From contig CANQYQ010000001.1 in NCBI GenBank assembly GCA_947628155.1, forward strand, positions 1 through 59,954: a stretch of DNA of 59,954 nt, in the 5' to 3' direction. The DNA comes from an uncultured Clostridia bacterium (GTDB lineage: Bacteria > Bacillota > Clostridia > UBA1381). This document shows, one piece after another, positions 19,641 through 28,142 of the stretch; position 1 is the stretch's first letter, and every line of letters begins with the position of its first letter. The translations under genes and the position numbers were made by a program. Below the pieces are notes generated by a model. The model made no database searches. It was not told the DNA's origin and saw nothing but the letters and a program-made list of their open reading frames with translations.

Positions 19641-20076
19641 GCTCTGCTAAGGCCCCCTTGTCAAAGAGGACTGGCGCGCGTAGCGCGACTGGGGGATTCC
19701 GCAATTACAGCAAATCGCTGCAATATGCGATATTCTGTAAAAATGAATCCCTCCACCCTTTCGATTTGCAAGCAAATCGAGTGGGTCCCCCTCCCTTTGA
19801 CAAGGGAGGCTAACGCCCGCCATATGCGATTTTGTGTGTGGAATCGCATTTCGTAGGGGCGGTCATCGGCCGCCCGTATTCCGTAACGTCGTATGGTATG
19901 CGGCGGGCGGCGAATCGCCGCCCCTAAGAAAGGCCCCCTTGTCAAAGAGGACTGGCGCGCGTAGCGCGACTGGGGGATTCCGCAATTACACCAAATCGTC
20001 GTAATATGCAGTATTCTGTAAAAATGAATCCCTCCACCGCCTTCGGCGGTCCCCCTCCCTTTAACAAGGGAGGCTA
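19641..20076. repeat. mosaic hairpin-rich intergenic repeat cluster (two MITE-like units plus linker hairpins)
   Basis: Two near-identical units, 19649-19812 and 19930-20076. Each is bounded by inverted CCCCTTGTCAAAGAGG / CCTCCCTTTRACAAGGG arms around a conserved core, GGGGATTCCGCAATTACA..AATATGC..TATTCTGTAAAAATGAATCCCTCC. GC-rich hairpins lie between them. The same family occurs at 37476-37930. Confidence 0.8.
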
Positions 20077-20146
20077 CACTCCCCACAGCCAAAAGCGCAT
20101 AAACATACATTTATATTATAAAATAAATCGAAAGGAGGAACCGCAC

Positions 20147-21919
20147 ATGGCACGGCGCGGATTAAGCGATAAAACCGACAAACCAAAGGACATAAAATAC
20201 GTCATAAAGCGGCTGTGGGGTTATCTTGCCTGCCACAAGCTTTCGCTTTTCGCGGCCTTTTTGCTCACGGGCGCTGGCAATATCTGCGCGCTTATCGGCC
20301 CGAATTTATCCGGCCGCGCGATCGACGCGATCCACCCGTCGGGCGGTACGGACTTTAAGGCGGTCGGATTTTATGTCGTGCTCATGATAATCCTATACAT
20401 ATTATCGTCCGCGCTGTCGTATCTGTTGTCGGTGCTCATGATCCACATCACGCGCAAAATCGTGTATGCCATGCGCCGCGACGCGTTCAACAGCCTCGCG
20501 TCGCTAAAGGTCAACTACTTCGATTCCAATTACGCCGGCGACATTATCAGCAAGCTTTCCTACGATATCGATACCGTTAACACATCGCTGTCCTCCGACC
20601 TCGTGCAGATACTCGCGAGCACTATAACGATAGTCGGCGCGTTCGTCATGATGGTATCCATATCTCCGGTTCTCGTGACGGTATTTGTCGTAACGATACC
20701 GCTGTCGGTATTTGTGACGGGTTTTATCGCTAAAAGAGTGCACCCGCTGTTTAAAAAGCGTTCCGCCGCCTTGGGCGATTTAAACGGATACGCGGAGGAA
20801 ATGATAACGGGTCAGAAAACGATACGCGCGTATTCGAGCGAGGACGAGATGATCGGTCGGTTTGATATTAAAAACGAAACGGCCTGCCGCTCGTTTTACA
20901 ATGCCGATTACTACGGCAGCATGGCCGGCCCGTCTATGGGTTTTATAAATAACCTGTCGCTATCGCTTATCAGCATATTCGGCGCGGTGCTTTACCTTTT
21001 CGGGAATATCAGCATCGGCTCGATATCGTCGTTCGTGCTGTATTCGCGTAAATTCGCCGGGCCGATAAACGAGCTTGCCAATATCATAAACGAGCTTCAA
21101 TCCTCGTGCGCGGCGGCGGAACGCGTGTTCCGTTTGATCGACGAGGAAAAGGAGGACGCAAATGATGTTGTTGACGAAAGCGCGGTCATAAACAGCACCG
21201 ATACCGCTTTGTCGCACGTAAAATTCGGCTATGTTCCCGGGCGGACGATAATCCACGATTTAAGCCTTGACGTTAAGGAGGGCGCGCTTATCGCCGTGAC
21301 CGGCCCCACAGGCGCGGGAAAAACCACGCTTATAAACCTTTTAATGCGGTTTTACGACCCCGACGGCGGCAGCATAAAAATCGACGGCATAAATATACGA
21401 TCCGTGAGCCGCTCCGATTTGCGCCGTCTTTACGCGATGGTATTACAGGATACATGGCTTTTCAACGGCACGGTATATGAAAATATCGCCTACGCCAAGC
21501 CCGACGCGTCCAAGGACGAGGTGATCGCGGCGGCAAAGGCGGCGAAGATCCACGAATTTATCGAACGCCTCCCCGACGGCTACGACACCGTTTTAAGCGA
21601 AAACGGCATAAATATTTCAAAGGGCCAAAAACAGCTTCTGACGATCGCGCGCGCTATGCTGTGCGACGCGAAAATGCTCATATTGGACGAGGCGACCTCG
21701 AACGTCGATACGCGCACCGAACAGTATATATCGAACGCCATGCGTTCGCTTATGAACGATAAAACCTGCTTCGTTATCGCGCACAGGCTCTCGACAATCA
21801 AAAACGCCGACGTGATACTCGTGGTAAACGACGGCGATATCGTGGAAAAGGGTACGCACGATGAATTGATGAAGAAACAAGGCGCGTATTATCAGATGTA
21901 TATGTCGCAGTACCGATAA
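20147..21919 (+). CDS. ABC exporter permease/ATPase, half-transporter with canonical Walker B and degenerate signature
   Basis: Start set at ATG 20147 (RBS AAAGGAGG at 20131-20138). The longer ORF from 20006 translates the repeat element. Motifs: Walker A GPTGAGKTT, Walker B MLILDEATSNVD, signature ISKGQKQ instead of LSGGQ. Confidence 0.9.
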   Translation: MARRGLSDKTDKPKDIKYVIKRLWGYLACHKLSLFAAFLLTGAGNICALIGPNLSGRAIDAIHPSGGTDFKAVGFYVVLMIILYILSSALSYLLSVLMIHITRKIVYAMRRDAFNSLASLKVNYFDSNYAGDIISKLSYDIDTVNTSLSSDLVQILASTITIVGAFVMMVSISPVLVTVFVVTIPLSVFVTGFIAKRVHPLFKKRSAALGDLNGYAEEMITGQKTIRAYSSEDEMIGRFDIKNETACRSFYNADYYGSMAGPSMGFINNLSLSLISIFGAVLYLFGNISIGSISSFVLYSRKFAGPINELANIINELQSSCAAAERVFRLIDEEKEDANDVVDESAVINSTDTALSHVKFGYVPGRTIIHDLSLDVKEGALIAVTGPTGAGKTTLINLLMRFYDPDGGSIKIDGINIRSVSRSDLRRLYAMVLQDTWLFNGTVYENIAYAKPDASKDEVIAAAKAAKIHEFIERLPDGYDTVLSENGINISKGQKQLLTIARAMLCDAKMLILDEATSNVDTRTEQYISNAMRSLMNDKTCFVIAHRLSTIKNADVILVVNDGDIVEKGTHDELMKKQGAYYQMYMSQYR

Positions 21920-21936
21920 AAAATATGCGTATCGCG

Positions 21937-22446
21937 TTAAAACTCAATACCCCTCCTTGCCGTAACGCCCCTATCATACGGGTGCTTTACGGCTTTTATC
22001 TCGCTCACGTAATCCGCCGCCTCGATAAATTTTTCATCGGGATCTCTTCCGGTAAGTATCAATTCAACGCTGTCGGGGCGGTTAAACACGATATCGTCCG
22101 CGGCCTCGCGGTCGATAAATCCGTAGTTATAAGCGGCGAAAAACTCGTCGATTATCAGCATATCAACATTGTCCATACGCTTCTTCGCATCGCGCAAAAG
22201 CTCGCTGTGACATTCGATAACGCGTTTTTTATCCTCATTGCTCATATTAAATGTAAAACCATAGTCTTTATCGCATCGCGTCACGCTGATATTTGGGATA
22301 AGCGCGAGCGATTTTAATTCCGACGTCGGCGCGCCCTTTAAAAGCTGCACGATATGTACCCGCATACCGTTTCCCGCGGCGCGCAACGCCGATCCGAGCG
22401 CGGCGGTCGTTTTGCCCTTGCCGTCTCCGCAGTAAATTTGAAGCAT
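21937..22446 (-). CDS. cobO: cob(I)yrinic acid a,c-diamide adenosyltransferase (ATP:corrinoid adenosyltransferase, CobO/BtuR type)
   Basis: MLQIYCGDGKGKTTAALGSALRAAGNGMRVHIVQLLKG is the typical CobA/CobO P-loop region. 169 aa, and the last gene of the cob operon. Confidence 0.88.
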   Translation of the reverse strand: MLQIYCGDGKGKTTAALGSALRAAGNGMRVHIVQLLKGAPTSELKSLALIPNISVTRCDKDYGFTFNMSNEDKKRVIECHSELLRDAKKRMDNVDMLIIDEFFAAYNYGFIDREAADDIVFNRPDSVELILTGRDPDEKFIEAADYVSEIKAVKHPYDRGVTARRGIEF

Positions 22447-23927
22447 TATAACCCCTCCCGTAAAATTTTATAAACCAAATCCATATTAAGACTGTCTTCT
22501 ACCGCGTCAGCCAAAATATCATACTGACGCTCCTTGTATTCGCGCACACCGACCGCGTTATCGATGTATTTAACGCCCTTTCTTTCACATAACGCCTTTA
22601 TGACCGCGCCCAAGATATCCGCGCTGTCGAATATACCGTGTACATATGTGCCGTAAACATTGCCACGCGCCGCGCCGCCCGCGCTCCCGTCCGCGTATAT
22701 TATAAGCGGCCTTTCCTTTGATACCGTTTCTCCCATATGTATTTCATAACCCTCGAACGCCGCGCCGCCAAACCCTTTAAAAATCCCGCCGCACCGCGAT
22801 ATTTTCCCGCGCACGCGTACGCGCTTTTTTTCCTCGCGGAATACCGTTTCCGTATCGAGAAGTCCCATACCGGTTATGCTTCCGCCGCCCTCGGCATTAT
22901 GCGGGTCGGATATTTTTTTGCCGAGCATCTGATATCCGCCGCATATACCAAACATTGGAGTACCGCTTTTGACCCGCTCCCTTGCCGCGTCCTCCAGACC
23001 GCTTTCCCGCAGCCATAGCATGTCCGCGATCGAGCTTTTCGTCCCCGGCAGTATTATCAGATCCGGAGCTCCCAATTCATTTTTACCCGTAACATACCTT
23101 ACCGACACATTTTTAAATTGATCGAACGCGTCAAAATCCGTAAAATTTGAAATTCGCGGCAGACGTATAACGGCTATGTCGATCTCTCCCGCGCTTTTGC
23201 GTTCAAGCTTTTCCGATAAGCTGTCCTCCGCGCCGATATCGCAGTCAATATACGGTACTGTACCGACCACGGGGATTTGACCGCGCCCTTCGAGGAATTT
23301 AATACCGTCGGTAAAAAGCGACCTGTCGCCGCGAAATTTGTTTACTATAAGTCCTTTAATCATGCCTCTTTCGTCCGCGTCCAGTAAATCCAGCGTGCCC
23401 AAAAGCTGCGCGAACACACCGCCGCGGTCGATATCGCCAATCAGCAGCACGGGCGATTTTACGGCTTTTGCCAATCCCATGTTAACAATATCGTCTTTTT
23501 TTAGATTCATCTCCGCCGGACTGCCCGCGCCCTCTATCACGATTATATCATACGATTTTTCAAGCTCGCGGTACGCGCTTATAATTTGCGGCATAAGCTC
23601 TTTTCGGTATTTAAAATATTTTGCCGCGCGCATATTTCCGACGGGAACGCCGTTTACTATCACCTGCGACCCGTTATCCGCCGTCGGTTTTAACAGGATC
23701 GGGTTCATCAGTACGCTCGGCTCGGTTTTTGCCGCTTCGGCCTGTACAGCCTGAGCGCGCCCCATTTCAAACCCGTCACGCGTAACATATGAATTTAGCG
23801 CCATATTCTGCGATTTAAACGGGGCGCATAAGTATCCGTTCCGCATAAAAATACGGCACAGCGCGGCTGTCAGCAGGCTTTTGCCGACGTTTGACATCGT
23901 GCCCTGCAGCATAATTGAAAGCGCCAT
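22446..23927 (-). CDS. cbiP: cobyric acid synthase
   Basis: 493 aa. N-terminus LMLQGTMSNVGKSLLTAALCRIF (CobQ/CbiP ATPase domain) and a C-terminal GATase domain (GICGGYQMLG, ...YEIHMG). Confidence 0.95.
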   Translation of the reverse strand: MALSIMLQGTMSNVGKSLLTAALCRIFMRNGYLCAPFKSQNMALNSYVTRDGFEMGRAQAVQAEAAKTEPSVLMNPILLKPTADNGSQVIVNGVPVGNMRAAKYFKYRKELMPQIISAYRELEKSYDIIVIEGAGSPAEMNLKKDDIVNMGLAKAVKSPVLLIGDIDRGGVFAQLLGTLDLLDADERGMIKGLIVNKFRGDRSLFTDGIKFLEGRGQIPVVGTVPYIDCDIGAEDSLSEKLERKSAGEIDIAVIRLPRISNFTDFDAFDQFKNVSVRYVTGKNELGAPDLIILPGTKSSIADMLWLRESGLEDAARERVKSGTPMFGICGGYQMLGKKISDPHNAEGGGSITGMGLLDTETVFREEKKRVRVRGKISRCGGIFKGFGGAAFEGYEIHMGETVSKERPLIIYADGSAGGAARGNVYGTYVHGIFDSADILGAVIKALCERKGVKYIDNAVGVREYKERQYDILADAVEDSLNMDLVYKILREGL

Positions 23928-23930
23928 TAT

Positions 23931-24959
23931 TCACATTCCCCTCATAATTTTTTTGACCGCGCCGATCAACGCCGCGTTTTCGCGCCTTAACCGCACAGCC
24001 GTTCTGAAATACGTATTATCAAGTCCCGCGAGATCCGCGCACGGGCGCACCGCGATTTTCTCCTTAAGCAATAATTTATCGAGCGGCAGACCGCACCGGA
24101 ACAATATAAAATTCGCGTCCGACGGATATACCTTAAGTCCGAAATTTCTCATTTCGGCCGTAAGATATTGCCGTTCCGCTTCGATCACCCGCGCCGTTTT
24201 TTTAAGATACTCCTTATCCCTTAACGCCGCCGCGCCCGCTGTCTGCGCCGGTACGGACACGCTCCAGCACGGCCCCGTGTCCTCAATTCGCCGTATCAGT
24301 TCCGTATTGCCGCACAGCGCGTACCCCAGACGCAGTCCCGCGAGGGCGTAATTTTTAGTAAATGCTTTAATAATTACGGTATTTTTATCCGTTCCCGACA
24401 TGTATTTTTCCTTGTCAATAACAAAATCCATAAAGCATTCGTCGATCACCGGTAAAATCCCGTTTTCCACGCACCGCCGCCGTATCGCCGCCGTTATTTC
24501 CGGTTTTATAACACGCCCCGTAGGATTATTCGGATTGCATATAAAAAGCATATCCGCGTCATGTATTTGTGTTAATACCGCGTCCGTGACTTCAAAGCCG
24601 TTTTCCTCACTCAGCATGATCGCGGTTATTTTACAGTCCTCTTTTGTCAGCGCGCGCTCGTATTCGGAAAATGTCGGACCGATGATAATCGCCCTGTTCG
24701 GCTTTACAGTCCGAACGAGCCTGTAAATTATGTCCGACGCGCCGTTCCCGCACGCTATATTATCCGTTTCCACACCCTCGCTTTTTGCGATCGCGCGCTT
24801 TAACTCGCGGCACTCCGTATCAGGGTATCGCTCAAACGCGCTTATATTATCGCGAAGCGCCCGCCTCACATTATCCGGCATCCCGAGCGGATTAATATTC
24901 GCCGAAAAATCATAAAGGATCTCACGCGAATAAATATCGCCGCCATGAATAAATTTCAT
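23931..24959 (-). CDS. cobD: threonine-phosphate decarboxylase (class I/II aminotransferase fold)
   Basis: Start set at ATG 24959 (MKFIHGGDIY..., ATGA overlap with the cbiB stop). Motifs: ...FSANINPLG..., NPNNPTG, and the PLP Lys region KAFTKNYALAGLRLGY. Confidence 0.88.
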   Translation of the reverse strand: MKFIHGGDIYSREILYDFSANINPLGMPDNVRRALRDNISAFERYPDTECRELKRAIAKSEGVETDNIACGNGASDIIYRLVRTVKPNRAIIIGPTFSEYERALTKEDCKITAIMLSEENGFEVTDAVLTQIHDADMLFICNPNNPTGRVIKPEITAAIRRRCVENGILPVIDECFMDFVIDKEKYMSGTDKNTVIIKAFTKNYALAGLRLGYALCGNTELIRRIEDTGPCWSVSVPAQTAGAAALRDKEYLKKTARVIEAERQYLTAEMRNFGLKVYPSDANFILFRCGLPLDKLLLKEKIAVRPCADLAGLDNTYFRTAVRLRRENAALIGAVKKIMRGM

Positions 24960-26488
24960 AAAATCACCAACCCCGCTAAAACCGCTCTCACTGCTATCGA
25001 AAACGCGAGACAGATCCATGAGGTTATATACATCAGCCTGTCGGCGCGCCGTATATCCTCATTTTCGACCGGGTGTATATCGTCGCCTATAGTCGGTTTT
25101 TTATAAAGCGCTCCGGAATAATACGCTTCACCCGCCAGTTCGATATCAAGCGCGCCCGCGCAAACCGATTCCGTTTGCGCGGCGTTCGGCGACGCGTGAG
25201 AGCGTCTGTCGCGCCGCCATATTCTTTTTGCGTTTTCCCCGTCAAACCCCAACATATACGCCGCCGCTATCATCATAACCGCCGTCAGCCGCGACGGAAT
25301 GTAATTCAGAACATCGTCAATTTTCGCCGCGGCGTATCCGAATTTTATGTATTTCTCGTTTTTATAACCGACCATCGAATCCATGGTATTTGCCGCCTTG
25401 TACACAAATCCCCCCGCTGCGCCGAGGAGCGCCGTGTAAAGCATCGGCGCGCACACCCCGTCGGACGTGTTTTCCGCGACCGTTTCAACCGCCGCCTTGA
25501 TGATACCCGCTTCATCGAGCTTATCCGTATCGCGCCCGACTATCATGGACACCGCTTTCCGCGCCGCCTCTATATCGCCGCTCCTTAACGCGACGTATAC
25601 CTTCATGCTCTCCGTTTTAAGACTCTTCGCCGCTATAGTGTAAAAGCACATCACGCTCTCGGCCGCCGCGCCGAGCCAAATGTTAATGCGGTACAGCGGT
25701 ATCAAGATCGCCGTCGGTACGGCCGCCGATAATATCAGCATAATCGCCGCCATGACCGCGCCCGCCGCCTTTTCTTTCCTTTTGAAAATCCGCCGCAGCG
25801 CGCGCTCCAATTCCGTTATCGTTTTCCCCATAAGCCGAACGGGGTGGGGGAGACGATACGGATCGCCTATTATTAAATCGAGAATGAATCCCGTAAAAAG
25901 CGGTGTGACCGCTATTAATACGCTCATTCGATCACGCCCCTTATAACGATTTTCTCCCCATCCCAATCCGCTCTGTAGCCGCGTCCGTTTTTTTTGCATA
26001 TACTCATAAAAGCCTTTTTGGGGCACGGCGTATTTTTCCATAATCGCCATAATCGTACCGCCGTGAACGACGAACGCCGCGCTTTTCGCGTTAGCGCAAT
26101 CACGCGCCGCCGTTAAAAACGCGTCCGCGCAGCGGCGCGAAAAAGCTTCCCCGCTCTCGCCGTTCGGCACGGGAAGCGCGCCGCCGCTTTTAAGCCACGA
26201 TTCATAATCCGGATTGCCGCATAATTCCTCGTATGATTTACCCTCGAAATCGCCGAAATCACATTCACGTAAATTATCGTAAATACGCGGCTTTTGATTG
26301 GGATAAATAATCTTCGCCGTCTCTATGCACCGCCGCATCGGACTGCAGATAACAATATCCGCCGGCGGATATACGCGCGATTTTATTTGCTCTCGCCCCT
26401 CGCCGCAAAGCGGCTCGTCGGTGCGCCCGATATAGCGTCTTAATGAATTGCCGCGCGTCATTCCATGACGTATAAAAACCAGTCTCAT
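24956..26488 (-). CDS. cbiB: continuous ORF joining alpha-ribazole phosphatase (CobC, 26488 to about 25990) to adenosylcobinamide-phosphate synthase (CbiB, 25927-24956); junction at an A8 run
   Basis: Start set at ATG 26488 (MRLVFIRHGMTRGN, the histidine-phosphatase RHG motif; ATGA overlap with the upstream gene). The CbiB part starts MSVLIAVTPLFTGFILDLIIGDPYRLPHPVRLMG. The link between them looks like a frameshift product. See the finding at 25924-26000. Confidence 0.8.
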   Translation of the reverse strand: MRLVFIRHGMTRGNSLRRYIGRTDEPLCGEGREQIKSRVYPPADIVICSPMRRCIETAKIIYPNQKPRIYDNLRECDFGDFEGKSYEELCGNPDYESWLKSGGALPVPNGESGEAFSRRCADAFLTAARDCANAKSAAFVVHGGTIMAIMEKYAVPQKGFYEYMQKKRTRLQSGLGWGENRYKGRDRMSVLIAVTPLFTGFILDLIIGDPYRLPHPVRLMGKTITELERALRRIFKRKEKAAGAVMAAIMLILSAAVPTAILIPLYRINIWLGAAAESVMCFYTIAAKSLKTESMKVYVALRSGDIEAARKAVSMIVGRDTDKLDEAGIIKAAVETVAENTSDGVCAPMLYTALLGAAGGFVYKAANTMDSMVGYKNEKYIKFGYAAAKIDDVLNYIPSRLTAVMMIAAAYMLGFDGENAKRIWRRDRRSHASPNAAQTESVCAGALDIELAGEAYYSGALYKKPTIGDDIHPVENEDIRRADRLMYITSWICLAFSIAVRAVLAGLVIL

Positions 26489-26856
26489 TTGATCCTCACC
26501 GCCGTACCGCAGATTATTCTCTCGACCCTTTCCGCGCATTTTGCAATATAGCAGCCGGTCTCGCCGACCCTTTCGCGCCACATGCGCTCCGCTTTATCGA
26601 CCGGTACGATCCCGCCGCCGATTTCGTTCATGATTATGATTATTTTTGGATTTTCACGAATAATTTTTCCAGTTATTTCAAGCGGGTTTTGTCCGCTGTC
26701 TATAACGCGCCTTATAAACTCATGAAAATCGCTTACGCATTCCGCGCCTATAATATCCTCCGTATCGGCGCTGGCGCCGTCGATTATTTTGACGCCGTAT
26801 TTTTCCGCCGCGTATCTTTTCTTTCCCTGATACGCGCCGCCGATTATAAAAATCAT
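26485..26856 (-). CDS. short CobU-like paralog (adenosylcobinamide kinase/guanylyltransferase family, central region missing)
   Basis: 123 aa. The C-terminal half, IIMNEIGGGIVPVDKAERMWRERVGETGCYIAKCAERVERIICGTAVRIK, matches the canonical CobU NEVGxGIVP...G.P..IK pattern. The N-terminal P-loop is degenerate (GGAYQGKK). RBS AGGAGGA. Confidence 0.6.
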   Translation of the reverse strand: MIFIIGGAYQGKKRYAAEKYGVKIIDGASADTEDIIGAECVSDFHEFIRRVIDSGQNPLEITGKIIRENPKIIIIMNEIGGGIVPVDKAERMWRERVGETGCYIAKCAERVERIICGTAVRIK

Positions 26857-26865
26857 CTCATCCTC

Positions 26866-27624
26866 CTACATGACCCACTCCGAAACGGCGGCCGCTATAA
26901 GCAGCGCAAGCTCGCACACCTGCACAAGCCACCCCGCCGTATCGCCCGTAATGCCGCCGAAGCTCCGTTTTGATGTAAAATAACACACCGCTGCCGCTAT
27001 AACCGCCGCTACCGCCATAACCGTTGCCGCGCGTAATGACCACGTGGAAATTGCCGCCGCCGCAAGCATAATATACATCGCCGATGTGATTCTCACCGAC
27101 ATGATATGCGCGGCCGACGAAAATTCAAATAACAGTCCGTCCTTTTTTGCGCATTTAAAGCACGTTATCGTAAGCGCAGCAATTGAGCGCGAAATTATAT
27201 AAGAGCATGCCGTCATGACCGCCCCACCGAATGTATCGATCTCCGTCATAAACCCGAAATACAGCATGAAATACGCCGCCGCGCCTATCACGGCGAACGC
27301 GCCCGTATGCGGGTCATTCATGATCTCAAGCTTCCTTTCCCGGTCCGCGTGCGAGGACAGCGCGTCGCACACATCTATCAAGCCGTCAAAATGGATGCCG
27401 CCGCTTATAAGCACCGGCAGCACCGCCGAAACCGCCGCGAAGCAAACGCGCCCTATCCCGAGCCTGACGCAAACCAAACGCCACAGCATAAACGCCACCC
27501 CTATGACCGCGCCCACAAGCGGGAAAAAGCACAGCGCGTATTTGCGGTTCTCTGCCGTCCACTCGACCTGCGGCACGGGAATCGCCGAATACATTGAAAA
27601 CGCTGTCAAAAACGATTTTATCAT
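26866..27624 (-). CDS. cobS: adenosylcobinamide-GDP ribazoletransferase (cobalamin synthase)
   Basis: 252-aa polytopic membrane protein. ...FSMYSAIPVP...FPLVG...GGIHFDGLIDVCDAL...GGITGDTAG are CobS hallmarks. Confidence 0.92.
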   Translation of the reverse strand: MIKSFLTAFSMYSAIPVPQVEWTAENRKYALCFFPLVGAVIGVAFMLWRLVCVRLGIGRVCFAAVSAVLPVLISGGIHFDGLIDVCDALSSHADRERKLEIMNDPHTGAFAVIGAAAYFMLYFGFMTEIDTFGGAVMTACSYIISRSIAALTITCFKCAKKDGLLFEFSSAAHIMSVRITSAMYIMLAAAAISTWSLRAATVMAVAAVIAAAVCYFTSKRSFGGITGDTAGWLVQVCELALLIAAAVSEWVM

Positions 27625-28142
27625 AACGGCATTTCCCCCTTCAGTATAACGGGGATCCCGTAAACCGCCTCGATCACGCAGTCCGCCATATCCGCGATAC
27701 GCGAATTGATCTTTCCGATATTTTTTATATACTCCATCGTTTGAGCTTCATATTTGATCCCGTCCGCGCCGACCTGACTTGTCACGATTATAAGCGCCTC
27801 CGCCATATCCGCGAGATGCTCGATCCCGCTTATGATCCTTATATCCGCGTCCGCTTGCCCCGCGCCCGAAAACATCTCGTTCGCCAACAGGTTCCCGATA
27901 CATTCTATCAGCACGGCGCATCCGGGCTCTATGTCCGCGCCGCCGATATCGGTATACCTCTCGATTGTAACAAATCCCTTTCCCGCGCGCATGTTTTTGT
28001 GACGCGCGATCGCCTCGCGCGCGTCCGCGCCGTAAGGAACCATGGCCGCGATATAAAAACGCGGCAAATTATACGATACCGCGATTTCCTCCGCGATTTT
28101 CGATTTCCCGTTTTTGCTTGCGCCCGTAATTAAAATAATCAT
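27621..28142 (-). CDS. cobU: adenosylcobinamide kinase / adenosylcobinamide-phosphate guanylyltransferase (divergent CobU)
   Basis: 173 aa. P-loop ITGASKNGKSKIAE, His-containing EAIARHKNMR segment, LIECIGNLLANEMF. ATGA overlaps with both cobT and cobS. Confidence 0.8.
   Translation of the reverse strand: MIILITGASKNGKSKIAEEIAVSYNLPRFYIAAMVPYGADAREAIARHKNMRAGKGFVTIERYTDIGGADIEPGCAVLIECIGNLLANEMFSGAGQADADIRIISGIEHLADMAEALIIVTSQVGADGIKYEAQTMEYIKNIGKINSRIADMADCVIEAVYGIPVILKGEMPL

Noticed and set aside
19620-20146. ORFs within the repeat cluster (19620-19856+, 19631-19813+, 19661-20110-) and the 47-codon N-terminal extension of the second ABC gene (20006-20146).
   Set aside because: They are translations of the dispersed repeat; the same peptide fragments reappear in ORF 37423-37737. 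The ABC gene has a proper RBS and ATG at 20147, followed by a typical N-terminus.
26489-26581. N-terminal extensions offered by the ORF track for several cob genes: 26489-26581, 24960-25019, 29180-29287, 30622-30756, 32554-32604, 37396-37503, 41793-41816 and 42212-42307.
   Set aside because: The extensions overlap the 3' ends of upstream genes and encode basic or irregular peptides. Internal ATGs with an RBS and/or an ATGA stop-start overlap give N-termini that match the family consensus.
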